From the NCBI RefSeq assembly GCF_009914755.1, contig NC_060928.1: a stretch of DNA of 64,000 nt; one strand, written 5' to 3'. Positions 27,531-41,908 of this stretch are shown here, piece by piece. This DNA is from the human T2T-CHM13v2.0 reference genome, Homo sapiens. A program made the position numbers and the translations under genes. Within the stretch, counting starts at the first letter, position 1, and each line of letters begins with the position of its first letter. The notes under the pieces were generated by a model. The model was not told where the DNA came from. It ran no database searches and saw only the letters and a list, made by a program, of their open reading frames with translations.

Positions 27531-28409
27531 CTGAACTTCATATTTTTTATCCTCTTAACCTGATATTAGAACCCTAACACTGGGCAAAGCCATTTTTTTG
27601 CATACCCATTAGACTCTCCTAAAATAGTTTAAAAAGTCCTTTAATTTCACACTGCTACATTGAACACTAATATTTCTTACCCTTTTTAATCATAAGTCTT
27701 TTTAGTTTGTGAAGAATTGATCATTTCTGTCACTGGACCCCAGAAACTCTTAACTCCTGAAATAGTAGCTTTCCTTCTTGAGCTAAAAAACCTTCATCAA
27801 CAGCCATTACCAACTGCAGCAAAATTTATTCCTTCAAAGCCTCTAGAGGGCAAGATCACTGTAATTTTCTTTTAAATTTTATCTGATTGTGATTCCAATT
27901 TGGCTGGAATTATGAAATGTCCCTTCAAATTAAGTAAACCGCAGCAACTCTTGCACTATCTACTGGATAACAATATATCCCATTAGCTCTGCTCTACAGA
28001 TTTCAGTGAAATCCAAACTCATCTGTAATGGCTTCACAATTGGCACTACTGCACTTGATCAGTCCCAAGAAAGTCTATTGATGGAAAAGACGCATCAGCA
28101 ATCAATAGACAGTGTTAACTTTTTAAAAAGCTTCTGTCACTTGCAGATGGTAATAATAACTTATTAGGATGTTGACTGAACCTAGTCATGAATCAAGACA
28201 TAAAAAAGAGAAAATCAGTGGACTGCACCACCATTTATGAGGTATCCTGTGAGAAGGTAGAAGTATTAGATAAGTATAATGGATCCCATATTCTTAAAAG
28301 GAAATAATTGGACATAAGGTCCAAAGAACAGAACTTTTGATCTCTCTCTCCAGCAGGTTTTCAGACTGAGTAGTTAAGAAGTGGATAGTGCCATGTGGGT
28401 GTTAGAGAG

Positions 28410-28625
28410 GGGAAAGTATTTCATATACCTACTCTATGCCAAGTTGCTGAGCATTCATTGTTTATATCATGTAATCCTTTCCACAGCACTATAAATAAAA
28501 TATCTCAATTTTTAAAATGAATGAATTGAGATTCAGAAAGGTTGAATAAACTGTACAAGAGCACACAGCTAGAGGTGAAGGAATCAGGATAGGAGCAGAG
28601 GTCTGTCCAACTTCAGAATCCACAC
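28410..28625 (-). mobile_element. MIR
   Basis: 'tactctatgccaag...aaatgaatgaattgagattcagaaaggttgaataaactgtacaagagcacacagcta'. Confidence 0.7.
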
Positions 28626-28789
28626 TGCATGTTGGCTACTAGACTAAAAAGCAGATACATAAAGGGCTGGAAGAATATTATCTTGAAGACAAGGTCCAGA
28701 GATGGTTGGTTTTAAATTCAATTTTTAATTCCATTCAATTCTGTGAATACTTATTTGGTAACTTTTATCATAGCTGCCCAAAAAAGGCT

Positions 28790-29045
28790 ACATGCTCTAA
28801 TGGTTATGCCTGTACATTCTAGACTCTGATTCTCCTGTCATTCAAATTTCTGCTCTGCCATTTCCCAGCTGTGTAAACTCAGGTAAATGTACTTAACTCC
28901 TTCTCTAAGCCCAGGTTTCCTCATCTGTAAAATGGACATAAAAATAATTACCTTGTTTATAGTTTCTATAAAGATAAAACAAGATGGCATATAAAACCAA
29001 AGTACACTGCCTGGCAAAATGTATTCAATATGTGGTAGCTATGGC
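28790..29045 (+). mobile_element. MIR (near full length)
   Basis: 'ctctgccatttcccagctgtgtaaactcagg...ggtttcctcatctgtaaaatggacataa'. Confidence 0.8.
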
Positions 29046-30777
29046 TACCACCCTGTTATTACAAAGCTATCTTATAAGATAACAGCATATAAATGAAGTT
29101 GAAGTATTTGGTATCAATATTATTTATTAAAGGAAAACAGAATAAGATAGACAAAACACTAATTATTCAGGACAAAGAAAAAGGTTGAATTCAATCATCA
29201 TACCTCATCCAGAAATATGAGGAGCATTCTGGAAAACAGGAATATTAAGGGGACTACTCCTATGGCACTGCCAGAAGCCATACAACAAACAATAGGGTAG
29301 GAGAAGGGCTATTACCTGCCTATGTTAAACATATTTTTCTGTTATTATGTAATCAAAATATCAGAGAGAAAAACTTTTGCTAGAGTTTGTGGCAATTAGC
29401 ATTGGCTGGGGAAATTTAATGGGCAGCAGACATCCAATGCTATAATACTTTGAGGGTGTGTATCATTCCAGAAATGTAATTGTCTTCTCTCCGAATCTGA
29501 TTCACCTATTCAAAACCCCTGCTTAGCTGCTAGATTAAGGGCAATGCATCCTTTTAAAAAAGCAGTTCGTCAAGGATAGTTTTCTCAATTCTGACCAATG
29601 GGTTTGTCAGGGGAAAAGAAATGCAAATAGTGGCCATAAAAATGCAAAAAGTCACCCGAAGCTCCTGTATTCCATGATGGCCAACCTTTTCTTGGCATAT
29701 AATCCAGATGAGCTGAACTTGACCCAATTTTATTCAGATGCAAGAAACCTTGGGATCACAGTGGTAGAAACAAGACAGTGATGAGTTCCTAGAACGTGGA
29801 GAGTTAGCCCCTGACAATCTTACTCCCATCTAGCCCCATCTCATGTTGTAGATGAAACGTTCACATGATCTTTTGGTTATTAGCTTCCCATACAGCCGTA
29901 TCATTTCATTTTGGAAGCAGTAGTTCTCTAGGTGGACATCTATCAAGCCATTCTGTTTCTCCAAAAAGTCACTATCCTCCATCTTACTTGGGGAAATGTT
30001 TTTATGAGGTACTTGTAGAAAATTGATCTATTATACTTTGATAAATTCCACCTGAGACAAAGAAAAGAGAAATCAGACTGCATTCTAATGCCATGGTATT
30101 TCTCTAGTTGCCCTTGACATCCATTCCTGGAATCCTTGGGCACGCTTACTTCTTCCCGGCCTAAGACTATTCCTTTTAACTAGTATTTTCTCATTATCTT
30201 CTAAAGTCCTTTGCCTTTCTTTTTTCTTTCCCTCTACCTTCTTATTTGTTGCAGTCATCACAAGCCTACACCAATTGTTAGTATGCTTCCTGTTCTTCTA
30301 AGCTTGACTTTTTCCCAGCCATGGCCTGGGCTCTTTGTCATAAGCTTTATTCTTACTGGAATCTTCTCCCCAAGCAAACCTCTACTTGGGATCTCTTCCA
30401 CAGCCTATTTTCAGTTTTTCAAAATGCTTACAGGAAGCAAGGTAAGCTTGGAAAGCAAGTCTTGACATTCAAAGCATCTTCGAATATTCACCCCTACTGG
30501 GTTCTTATTCCCAAGATGTTTGTCTTCCTCTTCTTGTTAGCAGAAGGCTGGATTGGAAAATAGGAACACAAAATATGCTTGCTACTATTGGTCTTATAAG
30601 ACTGATATTTTCATGGGAACAGCCTGTTTGTTTACAAATAGTGCCTTCAGGGTGGTTACCATTGGTGATTGCTGTGGCAGCTTCAACAACACCATCAGCA
30701 GAGATTCACCTCTACTCTCTCTTTTCACCACATTTCTTTCTCCTCCTCCGATTGCCCAGACCCTAGCTATGGGGAAG

Positions 30778-30806
30778 CAACAACAACAACAACAACAAAA
30801 AACAAA
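30778..30806. repeat. (CAA)n microsatellite
   Basis: Seen directly; it explains the polyQ/polyT runs in the ORF track. Confidence 0.9.
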
Positions 30807-31012
30807 ATGTTATCTAGACCCTTTTTGTCAATAGAAAAGCTCGTTTGCAGTAGTTGAGCCTGTGTTTGCAAAATTAAAGTCAGCTACTTGCCTCCATTTC
30901 TAAACGTCTCACTCTGTCAAAGCCCAGGGTAAATGAATCTGTTCCACATTCAATCAGTCTTACCTTTGACTGAGTCCGTGACACCACATAGTACCATAGA
31001 AAATTCCAGTTT

Positions 31013-31186
31013 CACATGGACACTGTGAGGGTAACAACACAGACCAGGGCCTGTTGGGAGGTGGGAGCGAGGTGAGGGAACTTAAAGGATGGGTCAATAG
31101 GTGCAGCAAACCACCACTGCACACGTATACCTATGTAACAAACCTGCACATTCTGCACATGTATCCTGGAACTTAAAAAAAAAAAA
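31013..31186 (+). mobile_element. L1PA (older primate subfamily) 3' UTR fragment
   Basis: 'gggtcaataggtgcagcaaaccacc...ctatgtaacaaacctgcacattctgcacatgtatcctggaacttaaa' followed by an A tail. Confidence 0.9.
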
Positions 31187-33418
31187 GAGTAAATAAACTT
31201 TACAAATTATATATATTAAAAAAATCTAGTTCCTACCTTTCTTGATCAGCTGATGGCTTAGTGACCCCTGTGGCTGACACCAAGGAAAGCTCGGTGTGGT
31301 AAGAGTTAGAATGAACAAAAAGTTGGCTGTTACTGTATAGTATGCCTACTTTCCAGTGTGCCTGAGGATAAAATGAGCTCACAGTCTCATTATTTAGTCT
31401 TGAATGTGATGTCATACCATCTGATTGGCTTTATCCTTTCTCTTTTTCCTTCCCTGTCCTAAACCTCAACCTATTCAACCAGAACAAACCCTAATTTCAT
31501 ATCCTTGTATCAATCGAAACTGACCTCTTGAATTTAAAACTGTAAACCAAAAGTTCACCATGCTTCACCTGGGTCATTTTGTATTTGACTGCTAGAATAC
31601 TGGCAATAGCTGAATTATCCTGAATATAGTGCAAATTGGACTAACACTAAAAGACACCCTGAATACAATGCTTTGGACTCTGGCTCTTCCTAGAAAGAAA
31701 ACTTATTCAAAGGGATTTGACTTCTAATGTTTTTTAGCAGCTTAAGGGACTATAAGTAGAAATGTTATAAAACAAATCACCACTTTAGTAGATCAAAGTC
31801 CTGGGAAGCTATGTCTTTCATGTCCATGACCTGGGTGCTCTTTCCTATCATGTGGAAAAGAGAGGAAGATAGCCATAACTTCATGCCAGTAAAATATAAT
31901 GACTAAACAATTTCAAGAAAATCACAAGAACCCAGGCAGCCAGGCCTTTCAGTTTTAAATGACTATGAACTCATTTAAGCATTTGTTCACAGAGGGCCAA
32001 AAGTCTATGATGGATCATGCAAGTCAGAGCTAAGTAATGGTTCACCATGGTCTGGTTAATAGTTAGACAAGCTGTTCACGTTTGATTAGGGTTTTCTTTT
32101 CCATTGCTATAATTGTATGATAATTAACTCAACAGACTTACATCTCATTTGGGGGAAATATGTACATTTTGAAGTTTCAGGATTAACAGACTCCACATGT
32201 CAAGAAAAAGTCTGAAATCACACTGTAGTTCTCCCACACAGCCATAAAGATCGGACCACAAGGTGTGTGTCTTGTGAGTTTCTGTCTCTAAAGAAGCTGG
32301 TGAGTTTCCTTAGCTCCGACTTCTTTCAAAGGCTCTATGCACAAAAGTGCTCTATCCAGACATCTGTTGATAGATTAGAATTGCCAAGTGGCAAAGAGAA
32401 TGAACATCGAATGACTCTGGAGCTCGACTTAAGATGGAGCACATGAGGCTTTCCTAAAAGAAAAGGCATCCATTAATATAGGCACAACCCCATGATCAGG
32501 TGTTGTACATAATGAAGGGAAATTCTTTTAAAGCAGATGGCAAAGTAGCAGAGTGAGTGTCCAAATTAAGTCATTTATAAATTGGTCATGCTGATAACCC
32601 TGGAGATCTTTTCTTTCCTCTGACCGCCTATAAACTTATCCCTATCACACATCACAGCTAATAATCATTTACTGCCTCATGGTTATGCTAATTTCTGGAG
32701 TTCCTTAGATCTTTAAAGACAGAAGAAAATTTAGAGTGGGGACCCATCTATGTTTCCTTCAATCTTGCTAATTCAGTGTTAGTCCGTGATGCCCTAATAC
32801 ATGTGTAGAATCATGTGAGCTTTCCTAAGAGGCCACCCTTGATGACCAGTATTGGTAAGTTGTCTCTACTCTGACATTCTAGAGCTTTTTGAAGTTAGAA
32901 AAACATAGGACTCATATTCATGTATTAGAATTATTTTCTTTGTCCCACTGCTATTCATGAAGAGTAAGAATTGTGTGGGTATTATTGTATCCCTAAACTC
33001 CAGCAACATGTGAGTCTACAGTTTATTCTTAATAAAAAGTTTTGAATGATCAACCACAATTACCTTTCTCTTTTAGCAAACAGTAAGAATGATAGAAACA
33101 TCCTTGATTAAACTGGGTGTGGCTGTCAATTTGTCTTCCGTCTAAAACAGAATTATTTTCCTGACAAGTTTCAGTAGTCCTATCACATTACAATTTAGAA
33201 AGTTAAACATATTCCCTTAGAACTTTTAGAGCATAGTGGGGTAGGAGTGAGGGGGAGAGAATTGTAAAATTTCTGAAAGGTTAGTACAATCTTGCTTGAT
33301 GAGGCAGATAGCAAACAAATTATCTCCATTAACTCTTGTTCATGGCTGGCAACATCTCTTCCGGAGTCCTTTGGATCTTAGACTCACAATGGGACAGACA
33401 ATCAAAGCATGGTTGGTT

Positions 33419-33787
<369 letters not shown>

Positions 33788-34739
33788 TTAATGTTCTGGG
33801 ACATAACTATGTTCTATATTTCCTCTTCTTTCACTACCTAGCTACTCCTGCTGTCACACCATGAATTTGTTTCTCTCCCTTTGAACTTTTCCTGTCCTTT
33901 ACCTATTTCTGCTCTATCCCGGCAAGGAAGCTCTTTTCTTTCTCTCTGTTCCAAACCTGAATACAAATCTCTCTCTTTAGTTCTCCTTAGAATACCTAAA
34001 ACAAGTTGACATTTTGAACAGACACTTAAATTATAGAAAAATAACCAGATCAAATACAGGCTACATAGTTCATCTTAGCAAGTATAGTTTTGATTTGATA
34101 CATCCTAGGAAATGCAGTGAAGAGCCTTCACATCCCAAATTCCCTGTTCCTAATATAATTGCATTCTTGAAAGTGTTTGGCACAGCCCTTACCACGGTCC
34201 TTCCTTCCAAGCCTGGCTGTCAGCCGTTTTACCTGAGGCACCATCTTGCCTCTCCAGCACCCACATGTAGAACTACTTATTTATTATATCCTTCCAAGGA
34301 TAGATGCCAACACATCTAATGACAACATTTGCTGGTTCAGAACTTGCAGAAACCTAGGGCCTTTCCTCTCAGCTCCTGTTTCCTGGTGGTGAGTCTAGCC
34401 TGGTGCATAAATAATTTTCAAGGGGGTATTTCCTGACCCTGCTTGTGATCTCCTTGAGTAACCTGATCCTTCCACTCTGGATAATCATTAATTCTTTACA
34501 TATCTACAGAATTTTAAATGACTCACTAAAGGGAGCACCATCACCTGTATACCTAGAGAAGTAATGTCTCACTTAACCATCTAACTGTACAGTTACTAGA
34601 ACATACTTAACAATAAGCACAAGCACTACTTTTTTGAGATATATTGGGTTTATAGACACTTAAGTAATGGTACTTACAATGTTCTACTGATCATTCTACT
34701 GAGTTAAAGGACTATAAGTATTAAATATATGACTGCCTA

Positions 34740-34910
34740 TAATAGTAATCATTATACTCTCTACATACTTGTTTATGTTTCTGTCTCCCTAAAAACCAGG
34801 AGCATCTTGAAGTCAGAGATTATGTCTTCTTTTAAATGTTTTATTCTCCCTCATTAAGCACAGTCTGACACTTAGTTAGCCCTCAGTAAATGTTTGATTA
34901 ACAAACGAAC
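34740..34910 (+). mobile_element. L2 3'-end fragment
   Basis: 'cttgtttatgtttctgtctccc...gcacagtctgacacttagttagccctcagtaaatgtttg'. Confidence 0.65.
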
Positions 34911-35049
34911 ATGCAAATTAGGTCTGATACAAAGTAATTTTTGCTTTCTATTCAAAATATTATTCCAACTTAAATTATGAAAAACATAAATTCAGGTAAA
35001 GGATTGTGATTGAGTGTCCTAAATGTATGTGGAAGGTGTTATTATCTTA

Positions 35050-35270
35050 GGAATTCAAACTTGAGGATGAAAACCTGGATTTGAATCTTGCTCCTACCAC
35101 TAATTAGGGACATCATTTTTGGCAAGTTTATTAACTTGGCAGTTTCCTTGTGTGAAAAATTGGGATAATTATACTAATCTCATAAAGCTGTTAATAAAAT
35201 AATATTTGTAAAGGCCTTAGCACAAGCCTGGCACAGTAAGCATTTATAAAATGGAAGCTTCTGTTGTTAC
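35050..35270 (+). mobile_element. MIR
   Basis: 'acctggatttgaatcttgctcctaccactaattag...cagtttccttgtgtgaaaaattgggataat'. Confidence 0.75.
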
Positions 35271-37119
35271 CAGTGTATCATTGTAACAATAGAACAAATG
35301 ACACTGCTGAAGAGGCTCTTGATTAAGAGATGCCTAGAAGTCTAAGCAAATCATTACCTGAGGCATTTGTTTAGATAGCTGAGTTCCAGACCATGGATTT
35401 AAGTTCACAGTTAAATATGTAATCTCTAGAGACATTGACAGGAGCCAAATGAAGACTCTTAAGTGGAACTAGGGGTTTTAAATGGACAGTGATGCATGAA
35501 CTCAGCAATGAGACCAGAACAGAAATGTTATCTGACCACATAAAGTCTAGGACCAGTAGGGACAAAGAGCAGTGACTCATGGTCCTGCAGGGAGAACTCA
35601 TGCTCAGGAAGGGACACCAAGCCTTCATATCCAAGGCAACGGATTCATACTAAGTCTCATTAGATATAGAAAGTGTTTCGAGTATTGGACTAATATGGAA
35701 GGAGCAAAAGAGAGCAGAGGTAGGTCAATAGAAACCAGGCCTGGCACAAAGCCTGCAGTGCCTAAGGAATGACCATGGCATTGGGGTAATGGTCTAGAGC
35801 TAAAGTTGGCCAAAAGAAAATCCTGTATGGTCAGGCTCTATGTATATGACAAACACACTGGGCATCTATCAAACTAAAATCATATTCAAAGTAAAATCAT
35901 GTTTGCATGACCAGCAACAGTGTGTCAATCAAAATGTACATCCAAGTCCAGGATGTAGTGAGAAATCAGAAATACATGATAGCACCAAATGCCTATAGCA
36001 GTATGATACAGCAGAAAGACTCAAGAGGGAAAATTTGAAAGAAAATGCCACAGAAAAACAAAGGTATGGACATATATCATGCTCCAGGGCTAAGCTGACT
36101 TAAATAGGCATGTTCTAGGATGTGTTCTTCCTTGTATTAAATGTGTAAGTGGCTCCAGTAAAGAAATTGTTTCTGTGCTCAAGTAACTAAGAAAAGCCAC
36201 ATGCTAAAGCCCTTTTAGGGAGGTACATTATATTAGCATATTAATGACCCGAAAAGTCTTGTTAAAAAGCATGTGTATATTTATTTAATCTAACACTTCT
36301 CAATATTCTAGGGCCACTCTTTGCTTTTGATAATACTTAATATTCTCTGAAGTAACTTTGGAAAATGCTAGCCCTAAACCACCCATATTATAGTAACGAC
36401 ATGTGTTTGATCTTCAGTCTCCTCACTTTAATAACAGAGATACCAGCAAACACCATGACAAAGTGTAAGGATCAAATCAGGTAATGTATAGGAAGCACCA
36501 AGAAAAGCACCTGACATGTTAAGTGCTATTTAGAAACAATGAAAGTTAACAAGAAGAGTTATTGAGAGTAATAGTAGCTAAGAAGAATAATATTCCCATT
36601 AGAACTAGCATGTCTTTGAAATATTAGAACTAATACTCATTGGATTATTTTAACTAATGCATTTTTTCATCTGTATCCTCTCTCCAAGAATATTTATCTT
36701 TAGATCCTCTCTCTGAGGTCTCATGTTATAAAACATAGTATTAATCATTTCTTGTTTCCTCTTCACAACAAATTGTCAATCACTGTCCATCTTTGTCAAT
36801 ATCTGTCAATTTCTGATCACTGTCAATCTCAGATCTCATCTATGTGGTCACCCAACTTCTATCTTGTTTCCTTCCAAAAGCAGCATCATTTGGAGTGAAA
36901 ACTGAAAAACAAAACAATACAACCCCCTCTTCCACCCCCCACACAAACAACATAACTTACCTATTTTCTTTCATTTGGATTTTCAACAGGAATGAAGAAT
37001 CAGATAAAACTAAAAATCTTAAAATTGAAACAGAGAAGAATAAAAAGGAAGGATCCTCCTTCCCACAACATACACATCTCAGTGACACCAAAGTCATTAT
37101 AGGTCTTGCACAAGTTTGA

Positions 37120-38030
37120 GTTCTAGAGAGTCGATGTTGAGTTTTCAATAGCCCTGGGCTTCTCCTTAGAATTTGACATTCTTAAATTCACCTTCCTATT
37201 TGGCATCTCCAATTGGATATCAAAACTAAATTCTTGATTGAGCCCCTTGGCTACCAAATTCCTTGTTCCACAGTCATTCAGTAAATGCAGTAAACAGCAC
37301 CTCAATCTTATTGCTCACCCAGAAGACTCGGGGTTATCTTTGACTTTGCCCTCTCTTACACACTACTTCCAGTTCTGCACAAAGCCTATCAGTTCCATCA
37401 CTAATATATGCCCTTGACTGCTGTGCAAGCCACCAGTATCTCTTCCACGGATGACTACCCTCTCCTCCTAGAAGATATATCTCTGTTTCTACCCAGTGAT
37501 TCTTCTAACATGTTAGTCCTCTAATGCAAGCCTCCCAGCAGCTTCCTGGCTCATTCACAGAGTTATTTAAGTTCTTCCTGGGGTCCCTGAGGATCTGCAT
37601 TCTCTATCCTCCCACCCCACCTTGTCACATCTCTAAGTCTCCTCTCACACATTTTTCTCTTGTCTCTGGCCTTTTTGCTCCCTCTAGAACATTCAAGAAT
37701 GTGCCCGCCTCAGAGTGAGGATTAAATGATTAATACAAATAGAGAGCTTAGGGCTGCATCTTATTCATAGTATGTCTTAATATTTTAAGACTACTATGTC
37801 TTTTTTTTTCTTCTCTGTATATTTTTACCACATCATGTACCATCTTACTATTTTATAAACAGCATTGAGGAATGCTGCCACCTCAGGGCACCTTCTCTAA
37901 GTATTCCCTCTGCCTAAATAGTCTTTCCCTGGAAACCACATGGTCTGCAGCTTCGCTGTCTTCAAATCTCTGCTAAAATCATCTTATTGATACATCCCTC
38001 TCTGATTACACCGCATAAAATAGCACCTAT
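37120..38030 (+). mobile_element. L2 fragments with an interleaved MIR piece (~37695-37790)
   Basis: 'catctccaattggatatcaaaactaaattcttga', 'gggttatctttgactttgccctctc' and 'cctcagggc...tattccctctgccta'. Confidence 0.6.
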
Positions 38031-38104
38031 GACACAAAATGGTGGTGAAAATATAAAGAAGCACAACAAAAAAAAAACATAGGAGCTCCAAATGGCTGTG
38101 AAAC

Positions 38105-38345
38105 ATTATTAATTGATACTAACTATGAGTAAGATGTGGATTTAGCACTTTACATGAATTGATTATTTAATCCTCATAACAGTTCTATGATACAGTTAAC
38201 ATTAGCAATTCAGTTTTTTAGATAAGAAAGTTAATGTACATAGAACTTACTAACCTGCATAAGGCCACACAGCTGAAAACTGATAAACCTAGGATTTGAA
38301 CCTAGGCATTTTAAATTGATAGTCAATGTGTTTATTTACACTACG
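38105..38345 (-). mobile_element. MIR
   Basis: 'agcactttacatgaattgattatttaatcctcataac...aaggccacacagctg...ggatttgaacctaggca'. Confidence 0.75.
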
Positions 38346-38394
38346 GCCTGTGTTTCATGCTGATATTTTCATTTTAGTGTACTTAGAGTCCATC

Positions 38395-38800
38395 TTTCTC
38401 CTATTTAGCAATGTTTTGTAGGCACCCGCTATGTGTTATGCTTTAGTTCTGGGGAAAAAATATTGGTAAGAACTTAATTTGGAGAGGTAGCCAGGGCTCA
38501 GATCATACACAGTTCTCCAGACACTGGTGAGAACCTTAGGTGTTTTTCTAAGTGTGATGAGAAGTCATTGGATTGATATGATCACATTTGCAACACTCTG
38601 GTTGCTGAATGAAAAGTAGATTGCAGGGGGCAATAGAGGAAGCTGGGAGGTCAGGGAAGAGGCTGTTGCTAGGTCCTAGTCCACAGGAACAATGTTGGAT
38701 GGGGTATGGATGGTGTCTGTGAAGGAATTGGTAAAAACTGGTCAGAGCCAGGGTATATTTTAGAGGAAGAACTAACAGCGTTTACTGATGGATTGAACAT
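38395..38800 (-). mobile_element. L2 fragment
   Basis: 'ggagaggtagccagggctcagatcat...actctggttgctg...gggtatattttagaggaagaactaacag'. Confidence 0.7.
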
Positions 38801-40579
38801 ACGTCTTCCATATGCTTTTAAATCATCCTGTCACATTCTACAATATGAATATCCTATTGTTTACACAGTCATTCCTTCTATTTAAGACATACTTCACACT
38901 AACCACCACCATTTTTTTCAAATTACAAATCATACTAGGTTGTTTGTCCATATCCGTGATTTTTTTATGCATCAGTGATTGTTTCTATAGGGTTATGAAG
39001 TGAAATTTCTGGGTCGTAGAGTACACAAAAGTTTAATATTAATACCTACAGCCAAATAAGTCTCTAAATCATGTATATCAATCACCCTGTGCCAATTGTT
39101 ATTTCTATAGTCCACTCTTTCCAATGTATTGCCAATGTGCTTTCAACTTGACATTGAAAATAGGCCCTCTCTCTGTTTCCCTGTCTCTCTGCAGGTTATG
39201 CTGGAACTCAACCTCACCTGTATACGGGTGAACCATAAGATGGTCCTTGCTACATCACTAGCCTTCCCTTATCTAGTAAGTGCAATGCCCAAGCAAATTC
39301 CCCCTTAATCCTGTCTTTTCTGGGCAAAGTTGAGAAATCACAGAGAGAGGAGGCGTGGTGAGTTTCAAAGGAAATTGTAACTGCTGCATTTAGCTACCCT
39401 TGTTAAATACCTGAATACAAGGAGAGCCCTCACAAGTCTGGTTATTTCCTTGTCAGGAAGTGTCTTTTCACAGGCCTGGTACAAGGTCAGGCAGTGCCTT
39501 CAGGGGCTGTTAAGAACAGGTTGCTCTGTAATTAACTGATTTGCTACAATACAGTAGTAAGGCATGTGCTTCCTCTAACCTTGAATATAACCCAGTGCAT
39601 AGGTGCTCATTGACCTGTAAGTTGAGAGCTTTCAAGGAAAAGAGATAACTGTGCCCAGTAATCTTTCCTACCAAGCCTTCATAACCCTCCACTATCTTGC
39701 ACACTCACCCATAGATTGCCTATCACAACAGACTGTAGACTTTCTGATAAATAGTGCTTGACACTTTCTAAACTTTCTCCTATTAACCCTTTCAACCTTA
39801 CATGCCTGGAAGCCAAGCAGGCAGGGTGATATTATTCTAAGTTTATTGAGGTCAACTTGAGGAATGGAAAGGTTAATTGACTTGACCAAGGTCATAAAAC
39901 AAGCTACAAAGAAAGCCAACAACAGGATTCAGATCTCTAGAAAAGTTTCCAGTCTAGTGTGGGAAATGTGAAATGAAGTGTATTTCTCCAACTGCACTGT
40001 TCTTTTCTACAATCTCATCCCCCAGGAACAAACTTGCTTTTCAAATTCTTCTTAGTTATGTTACCACATGATGACACACAGAAAATGGCACTTCTCATAT
40101 AAAGCATGAGAATCAATAGATGATGATGTCTTGCTGTCTAAGTGACCAGCCTTGAGCCCCAGCCATTCCATAGCCTGCCAGACTCCCCTGAAGGATGAAG
40201 GCTTCAGAATCTTTACCAACTGTAATCCATTGGGGGCAAACCAATAAGGAAACATTCCACTTTCTTATAAAGTTCAACTTTATGCAAAGAGCTATCTCCC
40301 TCTGCTTGAGGAAAGATATAAAAGTATGATAGTACACTCATAATTGAGATTGTATGTATACTGGGGGAACTTCAAGGCCTGGGGTTTATAGCGGCTCCTG
40401 ACTGGAGCTATAGGAGACCACGTTTTGGAAGAGGTAGCTAGGAACTATGTCATAACTCAGGTAAGGATGAGTTACAGGACCATGAACATGGCAATGAGAC
40501 AGAGAGCAGGCACCTGATTTAAAATAAATGTCTTAAGAGATGGTGACCATCTGTGTGGAGTGCTGTAGCAAAAGTCAAG

Positions 40580-41210
40580 GATGTCTTCAAGATGTTTAGA
40601 TTTTAAACTTCTCCCTAATGCCCCCTTCTCAATACTTCAACATACAATCTCAAATCTGATATAGTTATCTTTCTAACACAAAAAATTAATCACACTTTCT
40701 GTGAAAGCTTTAATGTTTTTTCATCAGGCATAGGAAAAGTTCCAGACTCATTTCCCAGGCATATAAAATTCTCCGAAGCCAGTGCCTAGAAATAAGCCAT
40801 GAGATTTCTCTCTCTGTACTACCTATCTCAAAACTGGCCTTCAAGTCACACAGAAGGATGATCATTCCCTTTCTAAAACTGAGTTCTTTTATGCCTTCAG
40901 GATGGTCTTTGCTGTTGACTTTACCTTGTTCTTTGCCTGGCAAACTCCTACTCAAGGACCAACTCAAATGTCACCTCCAATTTAAGATTTTTCCCAAATC
41001 TATCAAGCATGTATAGTTTCTCCCTCCCTTTTCCTCACATAGAACCTTGTACTTCCCACGTACTAATTAATGATCTGCTTATGTCTGTCTCTTCCATCAG
41101 ACAATGAAATTTCCCACCAAGGTGAATGCTGAGAAACTCAGCATCTAGCATCATATAGTAGTGGTATATAATAGATATTCCACAGGCATTTATTGGTGGA
41201 ATTAAATAAA
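40580..41210 (+). mobile_element. L2 3' fragment
   Basis: 'ctggcaaactcctactcaaggaccaactcaaatgtcacctcc...tgtctgtctcttccatcagacaatga'. Confidence 0.7.
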
Positions 41211-41611
41211 TATATTCTCTATGCTTGATCATATTTAAAGACTAAGAAAATAATGACCTCACCTTCCTCCAACATCCTACTAGAAGTTGGCCTCAATGGT
41301 GTGGTGAACTGGCTTAAAGTAATACATAATCTCTTTTATGACTTAAGATTTTAAGTGAGTTACTTAATATCTTGGGGCCATCTTTTTCTCACTTGTAGAA
41401 TGAATGTATTAATTCACACTTTACAAGGTTGCTGTGAAGATTCATTGTGACCCTAAGACTTGGTACATTCCAGGATGCTCAGTGAACTCTTCTTCATTCC
41501 TGCTTTTCTTCATTAAAGCCACTCTGAGCAATAATGAAAATATTTCTTCTGCAATGCTCATCTTCATTTGCATTTACATCTTCTCTTTTGTAAAGTGCAG
41601 ACATTTACTTC

Positions 41612-41908
41612 TTTAGTTTTATTTTTCAGAGACAGAATTTGACTCTGCCACCCAGGCTGAGTGCAGTGGTGTGATCAGAGCTCACTGCAGTCTTGAACTC
41701 CTAAGATTAACTGATCTTCCCATCTTAACCTCCCAAGTGGCTGGGACCACAGGCCCATACCACCATACCTGGCTAATTTTTAATTTTTTATAGAAATGGT
41801 GTCTTGCTATGTTGTCCAAGCTAGTTTTGAACTCCTGGGCTCAAGTGATCTTCCCACCTCAACCTCCCCGAATGCTGGGATTACAGGTGTGAGCCACCAT
41901 CCTGGCTT
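41612..41908 (-). mobile_element. AluJ
   Basis: 'gctcactgcagtcttgaactcc' and 'actcctgggctcaagtgatc'; degenerate TSD acatttactt/acatgtactt. Confidence 0.93.
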
